Below are positions 61,272-64,000 of a stretch of DNA of 64,000 nt, in pieces; within the stretch, counting starts at the first letter, position 1; the number at the start of each line of letters is the position of its first letter. A program made the translations under genes and the position numbers. The notes beneath the pieces were generated by a model that was not told the DNA's origin, made no database searches, and was given only the letters and a program-made list of their open reading frames with translations. The stretch is from Eutreptiella sp. 'Long Island Sound 2002' (Eukaryota; Protista; Euglenida), in contig OZ038378.1 in NCBI GenBank assembly GCA_964036045.1, positions 175,770,001 through 175,834,000 on the forward strand, written 5' to 3'.

Positions 61272-62929
61272 CTGTCAGAGGAGGAGAGAACATGGCAGCA
61301 GTTAAGGTAAAGCGGGGTAGATGGGCTTGGGATGAGGGATCACGTGCCCAGGACCCAGACTCTGGGCCCATCCCCACACCTTCTTGCATATACCCCCAAT
61401 GTGGTAAATGTGGTAAATAGCTTCTCGTCGCCACAGCCTGCAGGGAGCAAATCTGTTTTGGCAACTGCACCAGATGTGGATCTGGACCTGGCACAGTTTC
61501 AGGTCATGCTGCAGCTGCAGCTATACGTGCGGATCTACCGTCAGATGCAAATCATCGAACCAACAACTCCTTTGTCTGGCCCCCGCCTATGATCACAGCC
61601 CTCACATGGGCAAGGGAACCTTATTAAAGTGCTGCAACCCCCCACACCCGAGGGCCTGCAGTCATGCGGAAGCACAAAGCCCCCCCCCCACCAAAAAACA
61701 ACTTGGGAAATTGGAAATGCGCTCAGCGTACCATTGTCCTTCCTCGAGAGCTCTTGGACATGCTCAATTGTTGCAACTGGAATGGGCTCACTTATGGGCT
61801 TGGGTACAGTTTCTCATCAAAAACATTGCCAGCCCATCAAATCAATTTCAGAAAACTTCTGATGGGGCTCTGCGCACATGTTCCTGAGGGTGGTCTTACA
61901 GGACAACAGGTGTCAACAACAATGTTGCGCCCAAAAGATGTCCTGATCTGTACAAAGCGGGTGTTGCACTGCCTTATTACATATGATTGCACAATTGTTT
62001 AATTTATCTATCCGCACAGACAAAAGACACAGGCACAGGCAATGGCAAATGCAGCCACATCTCATGTCCAAATTGAGACAGTGACTAGGTGATGCCAGGT
62101 GACTGGGTGATGCTCTCCAGACCAAGTGCAGAAAGCCGTGAGTGTTGTTCATCGTGCTGGGTAGAGAGGCGTTCTACACGCATATGAAATGGTGAGTGTG
62201 TACCTGCTGCAATCAAGGGCCTTCCGAGTGTGGGGATAGTACTCTGGTCAGTGAGTACATTGAGGTTCCTGGTGGTGTTGTGCAGTCCTTTTGTGCCTTT
62301 CTATGGCTCACAGCTGCAGTTACGTTGTTGGTGTTTTTACACACCGTGCGAAAGCTGCGGCCACGGGGTGTAAGAACCTTATTGCTTTGGGACCTAGGTG
62401 TAGTTTGGCGAAAAATAAATAAAGCGATAAATAAAGCAACGATGGTCGCCACCCTCCGGAATCACTCCGGGAACCATATATGGCAAGAAGTCGCCCCCCC
62501 GTACCTCCGAGGTACGGGGCGTGTACGGGGGGGGGGGGGGTACGGGGCCATGAGGCAACGGATACTGGGCTCGCATACGCCCCCGTGTCACAGGCGCATG
62601 GTCTTCACCACATAGTTCAGTGTTTTGCATTGCTGCACTGCAGCGCAGACCAGTTCTGTACCACTCCAGGTGGCTGCTGATTGTGCTTTGGCCTTGGCCA
62701 TCTGTACATTTGGGTCAGCTCGCACCCACTCTCCCACAGTGCCGGTTAGTCTCTAACCCTTGCTCTGCGGGTCTGCTGCGACCTCTTGCTCTCTGGCACG
62801 TAAAGACGTGTCATGTTCGATCTCTGGGGGCGCAAAGGCGTCCCAATGTTTCACCATCAAACTATTCAGTTCAATGCTGCAATAGGAGGTACGGGGGGAG
62901 GGGGGGGGGTAACGGGAGGGAGGTACGGG

Positions 62930-63730
62930 GGGGTTTGGCAGTTCACACACAAGGCGATGCACACAGAGGGCGGTGCATACACAAGGCGGTGCACACAAAA
63001 GGCGGTCTGTAGCCACCGCAAGAGTCTTGTTATGTAAGCAGGGGTGCGGGGTTTGGCCCCCGCGTCGAGCGAAGCGAGCTGAGGCAAGGGAAGGTTTGGC
63101 GGTGCACACACCAGGCGGTGCACACACAAGGCGGTGCACACAACAAGCGGTCTGTAGCCACCGCGGGAGTCTTGGGGGAAGTTCTTGCACTGCGTGGGCA
63201 CTGCGTGGGCACTGCGTGGGCACTGCGTGCATACTGCGCATGCAGAGACTGGGATACTCACCCAAGTAATACGGTTGGTGGTGACCATATTATTTCCTCG
63301 GAATCCATTTCAGAAAAAAAGAACAATCCAAAAATATTTGACTATTTATGGAAGCACTTTTCCTTTATAGGAAACCAAGGGCACAAAATCAATGTTTTAC
63401 CACCAAAAGGTAGCTAGGGTGCGAGTATTTGCCGACATCCAAAACTTCGCATTGCGTGCACACTGCGTGCATGGCATTCCCTTGTTATTTAAGCGGGTGC
63501 GGGGGCTGGCCCCCGCGTCGAGCGAAGCGAGCCGAGGCAAGGGAAGGTTTTGCGGTTCACACACAAGGCGGTGCACACACAAGGCAGTGCACACACAAGG
63601 CAGTGCATACACAAGGCGGTGCACACAAAAGGCGGTCTGTGGCCACCGCAGGAGTCTTGTTATTTAAGGGGGGGTGCGGGGGCTGGCCCCCGCGTCGAGC
63701 GAAGCGAGCTGAGGTACAGTTACGGGGGGG
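62930..63730. repeat. Compound repeat block
   Basis: Two related modules made of GGCGGTGCACACACAA units; CGCGTCGAGCGAAGCGAG x3; GCACTGCGTGG x4 at ~63187-63230. Confidence 0.8.
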
Positions 63731-64000
63731 ATACGGGGGCGAGGCACGGGTGGGGGGCGCAATCATCATTCAAACTGCAACAGTTCTTGTGTTCGAGAGG
63801 ATATGCTAAGGACAATCTAGATGAAGCACAACGTATTCATCCGTCATAAAACTGCATCCATATCTACAATCAAACTGCAACTATCGTGCGTGTTCACCTG
63901 ATGACTTATATATTGGCATGTGCTGCCTTCATGCTACATACTGTGTGTCTTACCTCCCACTGCTACCGTGATCAAGCACTCCTTCGGCTCTCAGTTGCTG

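Noticed and set aside
60871-61592. Nested + strand gene in SMYD
   Set aside because: The ORFs are largely the antisense shadow of the MYND exon and have no recognisable motif.
62200-62660. Missing first MYND half of SMYD (DCSS donor at ~62203; QQCKTLNY at ~62610)
   Set aside because: Neither gives CxxC..YC in a splice-compatible frame; the 5' exons may lie beyond the window.

Overview
Eukaryotic nuclear DNA, repeat-dense and intron-rich, with many poly-G/poly-C tracts. A euglenozoan (euglenid-like) origin is inferred from protein repeat style and acceptor-like sites just upstream of ATGs; it is not proven. Three host genes can be reconstructed by hand with frame-consistent GT-AG introns: (1) a >1280-aa coiled-coil repeat protein on + (5429-18119, 5' end unresolved); (2) a ~624-aa PARP6/8-like mono-ADP-ribosyltransferase with an inserted UBA-like domain on - (46578-29818, 10 exons); (3) a SMYD-type SET/MYND methyltransferase on - (61271-49724, 5' exons not found). 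The most notable accessory element is a 3.3-kb TIR-bounded, intron-containing DNA transposon (423-3741). Its transposase has Dada-like motifs (D..DNCC..DxxH), it carries a helically phased palindrome array at one end, and it has only two apparent lesions. Also present: a Sola1-like family (an internally deleted 1.45-kb copy plus a 458-bp MITE, both with ATAT target duplications), a hAT-like MITE inside a satellite array, several other MITEs, an RNase H LINE fragment and a CpG-depleted relic zone (~21-29 kb). All family assignments come from remembered motifs, not database searches.
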